The notes under the pieces were generated by a model. That model made no database searches. It was not told the origin of the DNA and was given only the letters and a program-made list of their open reading frames with translations. From NCBI GenBank assembly GCA_963828465.1, contig CAWHEU010000022.1:352001-416000 (forward strand): a stretch of DNA of 64,000 bases. The letters run 5' to 3'. A program made the position numbers and the translations under genes. Shown one piece after another: positions 20,018 through 28,715 of the stretch. Source of the DNA: an uncultured Acidobacteriota bacterium (GTDB lineage Bacteria; Actinomycetota; Acidimicrobiia; Spongiisociales; ZC4RG35). Position 1 is the first letter of the stretch. Each line of letters begins with the position of its first letter.

Positions 20018-20383
20018 ATGGGCTCGCGGATACTCGTTGTCGAGGACTCGGCCGTCATCAGACGGCTCATCGAAGTCTGTCTCCGCGCTGCCGACCTCGA
20101 AATCATCACCCGTGAGGATGGCAAGACAGGGCTCGCCGCCGTTGGCTCGGAGTCACCCGACCTGGTCGTCCTGGACATCGGGCTTCCCGGCATGGACGGG
20201 TGGGAAGTGTTGGACCGCATCCGTCGGGACGAGTCGACGAGAAACATCCCGGTAGTCGTCCTCACCGCCCACGCCGAAGAGGAATCTCGACGCAGGGCGA
20301 ATGAGGGCGGGGCAGATGCTTTCGTCACCAAGCCGTTCCAGCCCAACGATTTCCGCTCGACGGTCCTGTCGCTGCTCGAGTAG
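20018..20383 (+). CDS. Single-domain response regulator (CheY-like)
   Basis: ILVVEDS, DLVVLDIGLPGMDG, LTA, TKPF. Confidence 0.93.
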   Translation: MGSRILVVEDSAVIRRLIEVCLRAADLEIITREDGKTGLAAVGSESPDLVVLDIGLPGMDGWEVLDRIRRDESTRNIPVVVLTAHAEEESRRRANEGGADAFVTKPFQPNDFRSTVLSLLE

Positions 20384-20402
20384 GCCCACCCCAAATGCGG
20401 GA

Positions 20403-21425
20403 CTAAGCCGGCTCCTTCTCCAAGACCTCAGCTAGACGCTCGGCGAGGTCCACCACCCGGTTGGAGTATCCCCACTCGTTGTCGTACCACGACATAACTT
20501 TGACCAGGTTCCCGCCGAGCACCTGAGTGCCGCCGGCATCGAAGATCGACGAGTGCGGGTTCCCGATGATGTCGGTCGAGACGATCGGATCCTCCACATA
20601 TTCCAGTATCCCGGCCATCGGGCCCTCCGCCGCGGCCCTGACCGCTGCGTTCACCTCTTCGACTGTCACATCACGGTCCAGCTCGACCACCAGGTCGACC
20701 GTCGAACCGTCGGGCACAGGCACCCGCATCGCCATGCCGTCGAGTTTCCCGGCGAGATTGGGGATGACCTCCCCGATGGCAGCCGCGGCACCTGTGCTCG
20801 TCGGGATGATGTTCTCGGTCGCCGCCCGGCTCCGGCGTAGGTCCTGGTGCGGGACGTCGGCCAGCACCTGGTCGTTGGTGTAGGCGTGCACCGTCGTCAT
20901 CACGCCCTTGCGGATGCCGAAATTGTCGTCCAGCACCTTGGCCAGAGGCGCCAGTGAGTTCGTGGTGCACGAGGCGTTGGAGACGATGATGTCGTCGGAG
21001 TCGAGTTGGTCATCGTTGACCCCAAGGACGACTGTCTCATCCACCTTGTCCTTCGACGGGACGGTGAGAATGACTCGCTTGGCCCCGGCATCGACATGCT
21101 TCTGGAGCGTTGCGCGGTCCCTGAAGACGCCAGTCGATTCGATGACGATGTCGACATCGAGGTCCTGCCACGGCAACGAGGATGGGTCGCGCTCCATGAG
21201 CATCTTGATCTCATGCTCTCCGACCCTCATCACACCCCCGTTCACAGTGACTTCTTCCTCGAACCGTCCCATCACCGAGTCGTACTCGAGGAGGTAGGCG
21301 AGAATGTCGTCATCGGAAAGGTCGTTGATGGCGACGACTTTGAGATCCGAATTCGGCCGTGAAGCGATGATGCGAAATACCGCCCGCCCGATCCGCCCGA
21401 AGCCGTTGATTGCGACGTTGGCCAT
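20403..21425 (-). CDS. gap: Type I glyceraldehyde-3-phosphate dehydrogenase
   Basis: INGFGRIGR, SNASCTTN, TTVHAYT, WYDNEWGYSNR. Confidence 0.96.
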   Translation of the reverse strand: MANVAINGFGRIGRAVFRIIASRPNSDLKVVAINDLSDDDILAYLLEYDSVMGRFEEEVTVNGGVMRVGEHEIKMLMERDPSSLPWQDLDVDIVIESTGVFRDRATLQKHVDAGAKRVILTVPSKDKVDETVVLGVNDDQLDSDDIIVSNASCTTNSLAPLAKVLDDNFGIRKGVMTTVHAYTNDQVLADVPHQDLRRSRAATENIIPTSTGAAAAIGEVIPNLAGKLDGMAMRVPVPDGSTVDLVVELDRDVTVEEVNAAVRAAAEGPMAGILEYVEDPIVSTDIIGNPHSSIFDAGGTQVLGGNLVKVMSWYDNEWGYSNRVVDLAERLAEVLEKEPA

Positions 21426-21427
21426 GT

Positions 21428-22447
21428 TCATTCTCCGTTGAGGTAGGTGGCGATCATCCCGGTGACCTCGACCACCCGGTTCGAGTAGCCCCAGCCGTTG
21501 TTGAACCAGGTAATGGTCTTCACCAGAGTTCCCCCTGTCACCATGGTGGCCAGACTGTCATAGACACCGGAGTGGGAGATCGATCTCACGTCTGAGGAAA
21601 CAATCGGATCTGCGACATATTCGATGATTCCCTGGTACTTGCTCTCGCACGCCGCCCTGACGAGGCCATTGACCTCTTCCTTGTCCGTAGCGCGCTCGAC
21701 GTCGACCACCATGTCCACGGTCGAGCCGTCGACTACGGGAACATTGAGGGCGACCACTGCCAGCTTGTCCTCGAGCTCGGGCAGGACCTGGGTGATGATC
21801 TCGGCAGAATTCGTGTCGGCGGGGATGATGTTCTCCCCAGCAGCCCGGGAAGTCCGGTAGGAGTCGGTCGGTACATCTGCGAGCCGTCCTGCGTTGGACA
21901 TCGCCTTGACCACCGTCATGTAGGCGCGCTTGACCCCGAGCTCCTCGTTGATGGTCTTCAATATCGGTGCGGCGGCGTTCGATGTGTTGGAGCCGAGCGC
22001 CACCTGGTCGACGTCCGAAGTGAGGACGTCGTCGTTTATCCCACGAAGAAGCAGAGGGATCTCACCGGGGATCTCAGGGCTCGAGGTCAAGACGACTTTC
22101 TTCGCCCCAGCCTTGAGATGCTGCTCCAGGGCTTCCTTGGTCCGATAGCGGCTGGTGGTCTCGAGCACTACATCGACGCCGAGCTCCCCCCAGTCGGCAT
22201 CGCCCGGCTCACGTGCGTTCAGCCAGGCGACATTCCTGTCGCCGTAAGACAATGTGCCGTCGGCGTAGGACACAGGTGCCGGAAAGCGGCCGTAGATGGA
22301 GTCGTACTTGAGGAGGTAGGTGAGCGCCTCGGGATCGGCGATGTCGCTGATCGCCACGATGTCGAGGTCGGCCCGATTGTGGAGGAGGCGCATCACGTTC
22401 CGCCCGATACGGCCGAAGCCCATGAGCCCTATCCGGGTTGTCATCAT
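21428..22447 (-). CDS. GAPDH paralogue lacking catalytic Cys and His
   Basis: GFGRIGR, YLLKYDSIYG, WGYSNR retained; active site reads GSNTSN and TVVKAM. Confidence 0.9.
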   Translation of the reverse strand: MMTTRIGLMGFGRIGRNVMRLLHNRADLDIVAISDIADPEALTYLLKYDSIYGRFPAPVSYADGTLSYGDRNVAWLNAREPGDADWGELGVDVVLETTSRYRTKEALEQHLKAGAKKVVLTSSPEIPGEIPLLLRGINDDVLTSDVDQVALGSNTSNAAAPILKTINEELGVKRAYMTVVKAMSNAGRLADVPTDSYRTSRAAGENIIPADTNSAEIITQVLPELEDKLAVVALNVPVVDGSTVDMVVDVERATDKEEVNGLVRAACESKYQGIIEYVADPIVSSDVRSISHSGVYDSLATMVTGGTLVKTITWFNNGWGYSNRVVEVTGMIATYLNGE

Positions 22448-22539
22448 CGATCGATTCCTTTCTGCGGAACTGAAACTAGTGGTCATACCCCTTGGCGACC
22501 CAAACCGGCGCCGGTAGGTTCGGCTTCGGGAGGGTTGAG

Positions 22540-23134
22540 ATGCTGTTGGCTTTCGCCCTGAGCGCGGTGTGCCTGATGGCACCGGTCGATGGCCCGGTTG
22601 TCGCCGAATATGCGCCAGTGGGGTCTTATGGCGGCCACTGGGGCATCGACTATGCAGCCGGCTGTGGGTTCACAGGTGCGGGCACCGGCCTCGGGCCGGA
22701 TCACTTTCGCCGGCTCGGTAGCAGGGATGAGATCGGTGACCATCGAACCGGTCCCCGGGTTCAAGGTGTCGTTGAGCTATCTGTCGGAGATCGAGCAGTC
22801 GTCGGGAGCCAGCGTCGGTCGGGGTGAGGTGATCGGAAGATCCGGATCACCCCATGGCGTGAATGGGGTCCATCTGTCGACCAGAATCGACGGCGAGTAC
22901 GTCGACCCTGGGACCCAACTGGGATGTCGTGACACCGACATCACCCGAGCGCTCCGGCTGGTGACGCCTCCGGGACCGTATGCTCGCCAACGTGCGCACC
23001 GGGATCCTGGGCGGGACGTTCGACCCGATCCATATCGCCCATCTCCACGCCGGCGAGACGGCATTGTTCGCAGCCGACCTCGACCGGGTGTTGTTCATGC
23101 CCGCTGGCGACCCATGGCAAAAAGGAGCACGTGA
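22540..23134 (+). CDS. M23-family peptidase (frameshift near 22660)
   Basis: HWGIDY in frame 1; VRAPASGRITFAG, VHLSTR..YVDP in frame 2. Confidence 0.75.
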
Positions 23135-23564
23135 GCTCACACCAGCCGCCGAACGTCTGGAGATGACGAGGCTGGCCGTCGAAGAAACGGACGGATTCGA
23201 GATAGACGATCGTGAGATCGATCGGAACGGTCCTACCTACACCATCGATACGTTGCTCACTTTCCCTTCGGGCGAGGAGCTGTTCCTGATCCTCGGGGCC
23301 GACGCCGCCATCGGGCTTCCCACGTGGCACCGCTGGGAGGAGGTCATCGAAAGGGCGGGCATCCTCGTGGTGCCCCGACCGGGCACGGACCTCGCGGCGG
23401 TCGCCGCGACGGTTCCTGAGGCCACCATCCTGGAGATGTCGGCGCTCGATATCAGCTCGACATCGATCCGTGATTTGGCGGCGTCAGGGCGGCCCTATCG
23501 CTTCCTGGTGCCCTCAGAAGTCCACCGGTTTATCGACAGCAAGGGTGTCTACACGCAAATGTGA
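22992..23564 (+). CDS. nadD: Nicotinate-nucleotide adenylyltransferase
   Basis: GGTFDPIHIAHL, YTIDTL, ILGAD, ISSTSIR. Confidence 0.96.
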   Translation: MRTGILGGTFDPIHIAHLHAGETALFAADLDRVLFMPAGDPWQKGARELTPAAERLEMTRLAVEETDGFEIDDREIDRNGPTYTIDTLLTFPSGEELFLILGADAAIGLPTWHRWEEVIERAGILVVPRPGTDLAAVAATVPEATILEMSALDISSTSIRDLAASGRPYRFLVPSEVHRFIDSKGVYTQM

Positions 23565-23607
23565 GCAGGCGATATGGTGGGGGCGCAAACGACCAGGAGG
23601 AATCCCC

Positions 23608-23976
23608 GTAGATAGCGGAAGAGAACAGGCTCGGGTGGCGGCGGACGCCATCTTCAGCAAAAAGGGCATGGACATCGTGTTGCTCGACGTAGAAGGGCTG
23701 TTCGTTCTCTCCGACGTCTTCGTCATTGCCACCGGGACCTCTCGTCCGCACGTCCAATCGCTCGCAGAGCACGTCGAGGAACGGATGTCTGAGGAGCTGG
23801 GTCTCAAGCCTCTGCGTAGCGAAGGCCGGGTGGAAGCCGAGTGGGTGCTTCTCGATTTCGGCGATGTCATCGTCCACGTCTTTCAGGCGTCGGCACGTGA
23901 TTTCTACGGTCTGGAGCGATTGTGGGCCGATGCCGAGAATGTCGACTGGGTGGAGCCGGTCGCCGCCGACGGCTGA
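23608..23976 (+). CDS. rsfS: Ribosome silencing factor (start uncertain)
   Basis: KKGMDIVLLDV, WVLLDFGDVIVHVF, FYGLERLW. Confidence 0.93.
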   Translation, partial: VDSGREQARVAADAIFSKKGMDIVLLDVEGLFVLSDVFVIATGTSRPHVQSLAEHVEERMSEELGLKPLRSEGRVEAEWVLLDFGDVIVHVFQASARDFYGLERLWADAENVDWVEPVAADG

Positions 23977-24018
23977 TCAGTACAGGACAGGGGTCCCTGC
24001 GGCATCCCTCGTCCACAT

Positions 24019-24200
24019 GATCATCCCTACATCACGTGGTGGCACGGGCAGGCGTCTTGCGCCATTGAAGGGTCAACAAGCGCCCGAACTGGCGTCTCCA
24101 CTTGGCACCGGCACCGGGAGCAAACGCCTCAGCAGGAACAGCCCAGGTGGGGTAGCCAAGTTCAAGGCCCCTGGTACTGCTCTGTGGGGAAGGGATGATC
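24019..24200 (+). ncRNA. Putative 6S-like RNA
   Basis: 182-nt long irregular hairpin closed by GATCATCCCT/AGGGATGATC with central bubble; GCCCAGGTG..GTTCAAGG resembles the 6S 3' strand. Confidence 0.5.
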
Positions 24201-24441
24201 TCTGTACTCATGGAAAGGGTTGATTCCTCGATTCGTTGTCAGGGACGCGGACGACCACGGGTGGTGCCAGCGGGGGTGTCACGAATGCGCACTATCGCGA
24301 TTCGGTGATTAACGCATCGTTAAGACCGGGTCGCCGTATGCATCGGGCACCGGTGAAGTCGTTGTCGACTGTCTCCCGGCTGGTTTTCTCCGGGGGTTGG
24401 CTCATGCTGGCGCAGACCGATAACCTGGGGCTTCCCCGTTT

Positions 24442-24515
24442 GGGGCTGTAGCTCAGCCTGGCAGAGCACCTGACTGGCAGTCAGGGGGTCAGGGGTTCAA
24501 ATCCCCTCAGCTCCA
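24442..24515 (+). tRNA. tRNA-Ala(GGC)
   Basis: GGGGCTG/CAGCTCC acceptor with G3:U70, anticodon arm CCTGA-CT-GGC-AG-TCAGG. Confidence 0.95.
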
Positions 24516-24533
24516 CTTTCAACCCTCCCGGGG

Positions 24534-25917
24534 TCACTGTTCCGGTGGGATGTTCTGGTTGAGCCGGAACAGGTTGTCGGGGTCGTAATGGGCCTTGACA
24601 CGACGGAGCCGGTCCCAGGTTCCGCCCGGGTAGGCAGCCCGCACACGGTCCTGTCCCTCATCGGCGAGGAAGCCGACGTACCCGCTGAGGTCGCCGTTGC
24701 TTAGGGACTTGGCGAAGTCGGACACCCACGTCTCGCGCCGCTGGCGGTCGTCGGGGCCTTCGTAGAACGAAGCGACATTGATCATCATTTTCCGATCGCG
24801 GTGAGCGAACGCTGTGGCGTCGTTGGGGACACGAGCCATGGCTCCGCCCAGGACCCGGAGTTGGGCTACCCGCATTGGTGCATCCGAGTCTTCGAGATAA
24901 CCGAGGATGGTCTCCGCGGTTGCCGAATCGAAGGTGTCGGCCCACAACGTCCGGGCTACTGCCAGCGGTCGGTACTCCTCGTCTTCCGGTCCGTAGATCT
25001 CCGGATAGGGCATCTCTTGGACCATGTCGGCGATCGGCTGAGCGAGCCGGCGGAACCGATCCATCACCTTCTGCCCTTCGTCGATGTCGCCGCACCACGC
25101 CACCAGGGCCATGATCACGAGGCTGCCGTGGATCTCCTCTGGGACGAATGGCAGGGGCGGGCAGCTCATGACGTTGGCGATGGTCGACAGCTCTTCGGGA
25201 GCCTGCTCCGCCTCGGCGATGAACCCGACGATGGTGTCGACCGTGGCAGGGAGAACCATCATCCCGCCGACGATCCGGTCCAGCTCCTGTAGTCGAAGCT
25301 TGGAATTTGGTGGCGACCCCGAAATTGCCTCCACCTCCCCTGATGGCCCAGAAGAGGTCGGGATGAGACTCCTCGTCGGCGCGCACCACCTCGCCGTCCG
25401 CCGTGACCACCTCGGCGGCAAGTAGCGAGTCGATGGTCATGCCGTGCTTTCGCACGAGGAACCCGATTCCGCCTCCGAGGGTGATTCCGCCCAGTCCCAC
25501 CGATCCTGTGTCGCCGAGCCCGGTGGCTAGCCCGACGGCGTTGGTCTCGTTGCTGTATTCGGCGGCGGTGAGACCGGAGTCGGCCCATGCGGTCCTGGAC
25601 TCGATGTCGATCTCGAGGGACTTGAGGCTCCTCAGATCGATCACGATCCCGCCATCGGTGGTGCTGTGTCCGGCGGCGCTGTGCCCGCCACTGCGGATGG
25701 CGAGCTCGACACCGGTCTCCCGCGCGATGGTCAGGACCGTCGCTATGTCGCTGGCGTCTGCCACTTGGGCGACCGCGGCGGGGCGGACACCGTCGTAGAC
25801 GGGTATGAAGAGTCGGTGGGCGTCGTCGTATCCCTCGTCCTCGGGCGTGAAAACCTGTCCTGTCAGCGCTTGGCGGAGACGTTCGATGTCGATATTGGGT
25901 CTGGCTGCGATGGACAT
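24534..25917 (-). CDS. FAD-binding oxidoreductase, BBE-like (frameshift near 25300)
   Basis: RSGGHS, LFWAIRGGGGNFG, C-terminal YDPDNLFRLNQNI. Confidence 0.88.
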
Positions 25918-26029
25918 GGGCTGACCTCCTTTTCTTGCTCATCGCTTTCATCCTTACAACGAACGGGACGCTGCCCAAAACGACAGGTATCGGCCAAAGG
26001 CGATCGATGGACGTTCGCGGTAGCGTCGC

Positions 26030-26899
26030 ATGATGCGGCCCAACCACTCTTACGGCCCCTCCACGTACTCGATCGTGGGCGCCGATCCCGAGGCAGGGGA
26101 GTGTGGCGTGGCCGTGCAGTCGAAGTTCCTCGCTGTCGGTGCCTTCGTGCCTTGGGCCCGGGGAGGGATCGGGGCTGTGGCCACTCAGGCATACGGCGAG
26201 GTCACCTACGGGAGCCGCGGGCTGGATCTGCTGGAATCGGGGCTCTCACCAGAGGACACTATCGATCGTCTGACGGGCGACGACGATCTACGCAGTCATC
26301 GGCAGGTCGGGGTGGTCGCCGCCGATGGCCGCAGCGCCTCATACACCGGTGAGGAGTGCTTCGAACACGCAGTGAGCGTCACCGGGGACGGCTTCGCCGC
26401 CCAGGGCAACATCCTCACCAATCCCGACGTCCCCGAGGCGATGGCGGACACCTTCCGTGGCTCGTCGGGAAGGCTGGCGGATCGGCTCCTCGCTGCCCTC
26501 ACCGCCGGCGAGACGGCCGGGGGAGAGAAGCGTGGCATGGAGTCGGCCGCTTTGCTCGTAGTCCGGCCAGGCGGCGGGTATGGCGGGAACCACGATCGAT
26601 GGCTCGATCTCCGCATAGACCATTCCGACACCCCGATCGAAGACCTGAGCGGCCTACTCGATCTCCACACTTTGTATTTCGGCAAGACGGAGGAAGGAGA
26701 GCTCCTGGCATTCGACGAGGGTCTTCAAAACGAGGTTCGTGGGATCCTCGACTCCATCGGCTGGTGGGATCCCGGCAACACTTTGGGAGACAACCTCCAA
26801 GGGTGGCTGGGGTGGCACAACCTGGAGGAACGATGGATGGGGACGGAACGACTCGATCCCGTCGTACTGGGCGAGTTGCGCAAGGCGTCGAACGCGTAG
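26030..26899 (+). CDS. DUF1028 / Ntn-hydrolase-like protein
   Basis: TYSIVG..GVAVQSKFLAVG, AQGNIL, SAALLVV, DLRIDH. Confidence 0.85.
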   Translation: MMRPNHSYGPSTYSIVGADPEAGECGVAVQSKFLAVGAFVPWARGGIGAVATQAYGEVTYGSRGLDLLESGLSPEDTIDRLTGDDDLRSHRQVGVVAADGRSASYTGEECFEHAVSVTGDGFAAQGNILTNPDVPEAMADTFRGSSGRLADRLLAALTAGETAGGEKRGMESAALLVVRPGGGYGGNHDRWLDLRIDHSDTPIEDLSGLLDLHTLYFGKTEEGELLAFDEGLQNEVRGILDSIGWWDPGNTLGDNLQGWLGWHNLEERWMGTERLDPVVLGELRKASNA

Positions 26900-26909
26900 C
26901 CTCCCGAGA

Positions 26910-27875
26910 ATGATTGTCGACGCCGCTTGCTATCAGCTTGGACAGAGGGTCCCTGGCAACTTCGACTACGAGGAGGCAGGGAGGCTCATCACCGAGCCAG
27001 ACACGTTTGCCTGGGTGGGACTGCATGAGCCGAGCCCGGAGGAGTTCGAGAAGGCGGTCAAGACCTTCCATCTTCACGAGTTGGCGGTCGACGACGCATT
27101 GCGGGCACATCAGCGACCCAAGCTGGAGACTTTCGACGAAACCTTGTTCGTGGTGACGAAGCCGGCTCGATATGCCGACCCGGTGGAGATCATCGAATTC
27201 GGTGAGATCCTCATCTTCGTCGACCCCGACTTCGCCGTGGCGGTCCGCCACGGCGAGGCAAGCCGGCTCATCGAGGCACGGCACAAGCTCGAGGCCGATC
27301 CGCAGCGACTCGCCTGTGGGGCTGGCTCGGTGCTTCACGCCATCCTCCATCAAGTGGTGCGGGACTACGCAGTGGTCCTCGACGAACTGGGAGCCGACAT
27401 TCGTGGCATCGAGGAGGACGTCTTCTCCTCGAATGGTGATTCCGAGCGCATCTACCGGCTGAAGCAGGAGGTGCTCAGTTTCCACGAGGCGGCAGAGCCC
27501 CTCGAGGAGCCGTTGTATCGGCTGGCCACCGAGGACTTCAAGGCGATCGACGCCACATTGCGGCCCTATTTCCGTGACGTGCTCGACCACCTCCTTCGGG
27601 TATTGGACCGGATCAACATCTACCGGGACACACTCACCTCGGTCCTCGCAGCCAATCTCACCCAGGTCAGCCTCCGCCAGAACGAGGACATGCGAAAGAT
27701 CTCCGCCTATGTGGCCATCGCCGCCATCCCGACGCTGCTCGCCGGGATCTGGGGGATGAACTTCGAGCACATGCCCGAGATCAGCGCGGTCTGGGGTTAT
27801 CCGGCGGCACTGCTGATCATGGGCGGGGTCTGCCTCTTTCTCTATACCCGTTTCAAAAAGAGCGGCTGGCTCTGA
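26910..27875 (+). CDS. corA: CorA-family Mg2+/Co2+ transporter
   Basis: HQRPKLE, GIWGMNF, MPEI..WGYP. Confidence 0.93.
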   Translation: MIVDAACYQLGQRVPGNFDYEEAGRLITEPDTFAWVGLHEPSPEEFEKAVKTFHLHELAVDDALRAHQRPKLETFDETLFVVTKPARYADPVEIIEFGEILIFVDPDFAVAVRHGEASRLIEARHKLEADPQRLACGAGSVLHAILHQVVRDYAVVLDELGADIRGIEEDVFSSNGDSERIYRLKQEVLSFHEAAEPLEEPLYRLATEDFKAIDATLRPYFRDVLDHLLRVLDRINIYRDTLTSVLAANLTQVSLRQNEDMRKISAYVAIAAIPTLLAGIWGMNFEHMPEISAVWGYPAALLIMGGVCLFLYTRFKKSGWL

Positions 27876-27972
27876 GAATGCATGGGGGCGATTCCCCATG
27901 CTGATCCTTTGACGCTTCGACAGTTCGCTGCTCAAATTGTCGGTGAGCTCGTCGGCAGCCGAAAGCGGAGCC

Positions 27973-28071
27973 ATGACAGGAACGCACAACATCGAGAATC
28001 GCCCGTCCGGGCGCATGTGCATCTGTCCTCGCTCTCGGGTAGCCGTGACGAGCGACGTCATTCGCTCGTAG
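27973..28071 (+). CDS. Putative 32-aa leader peptide (MTGTHNIENRPSGRMCICPRSRVAVTSDVIRS)
   Basis: Purine-rich GAAAGCGGAG before ATG; stop embedded in alternative hairpins upstream of the OsmC gene. Confidence 0.4.
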   Translation: MTGTHNIENRPSGRMCICPRSRVAVTSDVIRS

Positions 28072-28154
28072 GGACGTCAGGCTCCCGAGAGTCATCGAGA
28101 AGATCCTCGAGGCGTCCTGTTGTTCGAGAAGCGACCAGATCAGGAGGAAGAAAG

Positions 28155-28715
28155 ATGACGACGACCGACACACCGGTCAACAATGGAGTGAACGTACAGG
28201 CACTCCTCGATGCCAGAACCGCCCTCGTCGACGCCCCGGAGGCCGCCCAGTTCACCTGGAAGGCATCCACGGAGTGGAAGGGTGGGACCCATAGTCACTC
28301 TGTGGTGGAAGAATTCTACGGCCTCGGCGGCGACCAGACCCATCGCACGACCTTCGGCTTCGATGCCGATCACCCCGAGGTGTTCGCATCCGAGGACAAC
28401 GGGGCCACCCCGGTTGAGTTCGTCCTCGTGGGGCTGGCCAGCTGTCTGACCGCTGGTGTCGCCGCGGTGGCCCAGAATCGCGGGATCCAGCTCAACTCGG
28501 TGAAGGCGACGATCGAGGGCGACATGGACATCCTCGGCATCCTCGGCGCAGACCCCGAGGTCCGCAACGGGTTCAACCACATCAAGGTGAAGTACGACAT
28601 CGATGCCGATGCCTCGCAGGAGGACATCGAGGCCTTGGTGGCGCAGTCACAGAAGCGATCCGCAGTGTTCGACGTGATCACCAACCCCACCAATGTGACC
28701 GTCGAAGTCAACTGA
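28155..28715 (+). CDS. OsmC-like protein
   Basis: RBS AGGAGG; NGVNV, ADHPE, TPVEFVLVGLASCL, RSAVFD. Confidence 0.9.
   Translation: MTTTDTPVNNGVNVQALLDARTALVDAPEAAQFTWKASTEWKGGTHSHSVVEEFYGLGGDQTHRTTFGFDADHPEVFASEDNGATPVEFVLVGLASCLTAGVAAVAQNRGIQLNSVKATIEGDMDILGILGADPEVRNGFNHIKVKYDIDADASQEDIEALVAQSQKRSAVFDVITNPTNVTVEVN

Noticed and set aside
24019-24200. SRP RNA, tmRNA or RNase P RNA
   Set aside because: No SRP helix-8 GNRA/AGCAG motif, no tRNA-like ends, no RNase P GAGGAAAGTCC signature
24032-24211. 59-aa minus-strand ORF ending in TGA-TGT (possible Sec read-through)
   Set aside because: GC3 is lower than in real genes, no recognisable motif or SECIS, and it coincides with the long RNA hairpin; kept only as an alternative
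27882-28154. Long N-terminal extension of the OsmC ORF
   Set aside because: Strong SD before ATG 28155 and family similarity begins there; the extension reads as non-coding
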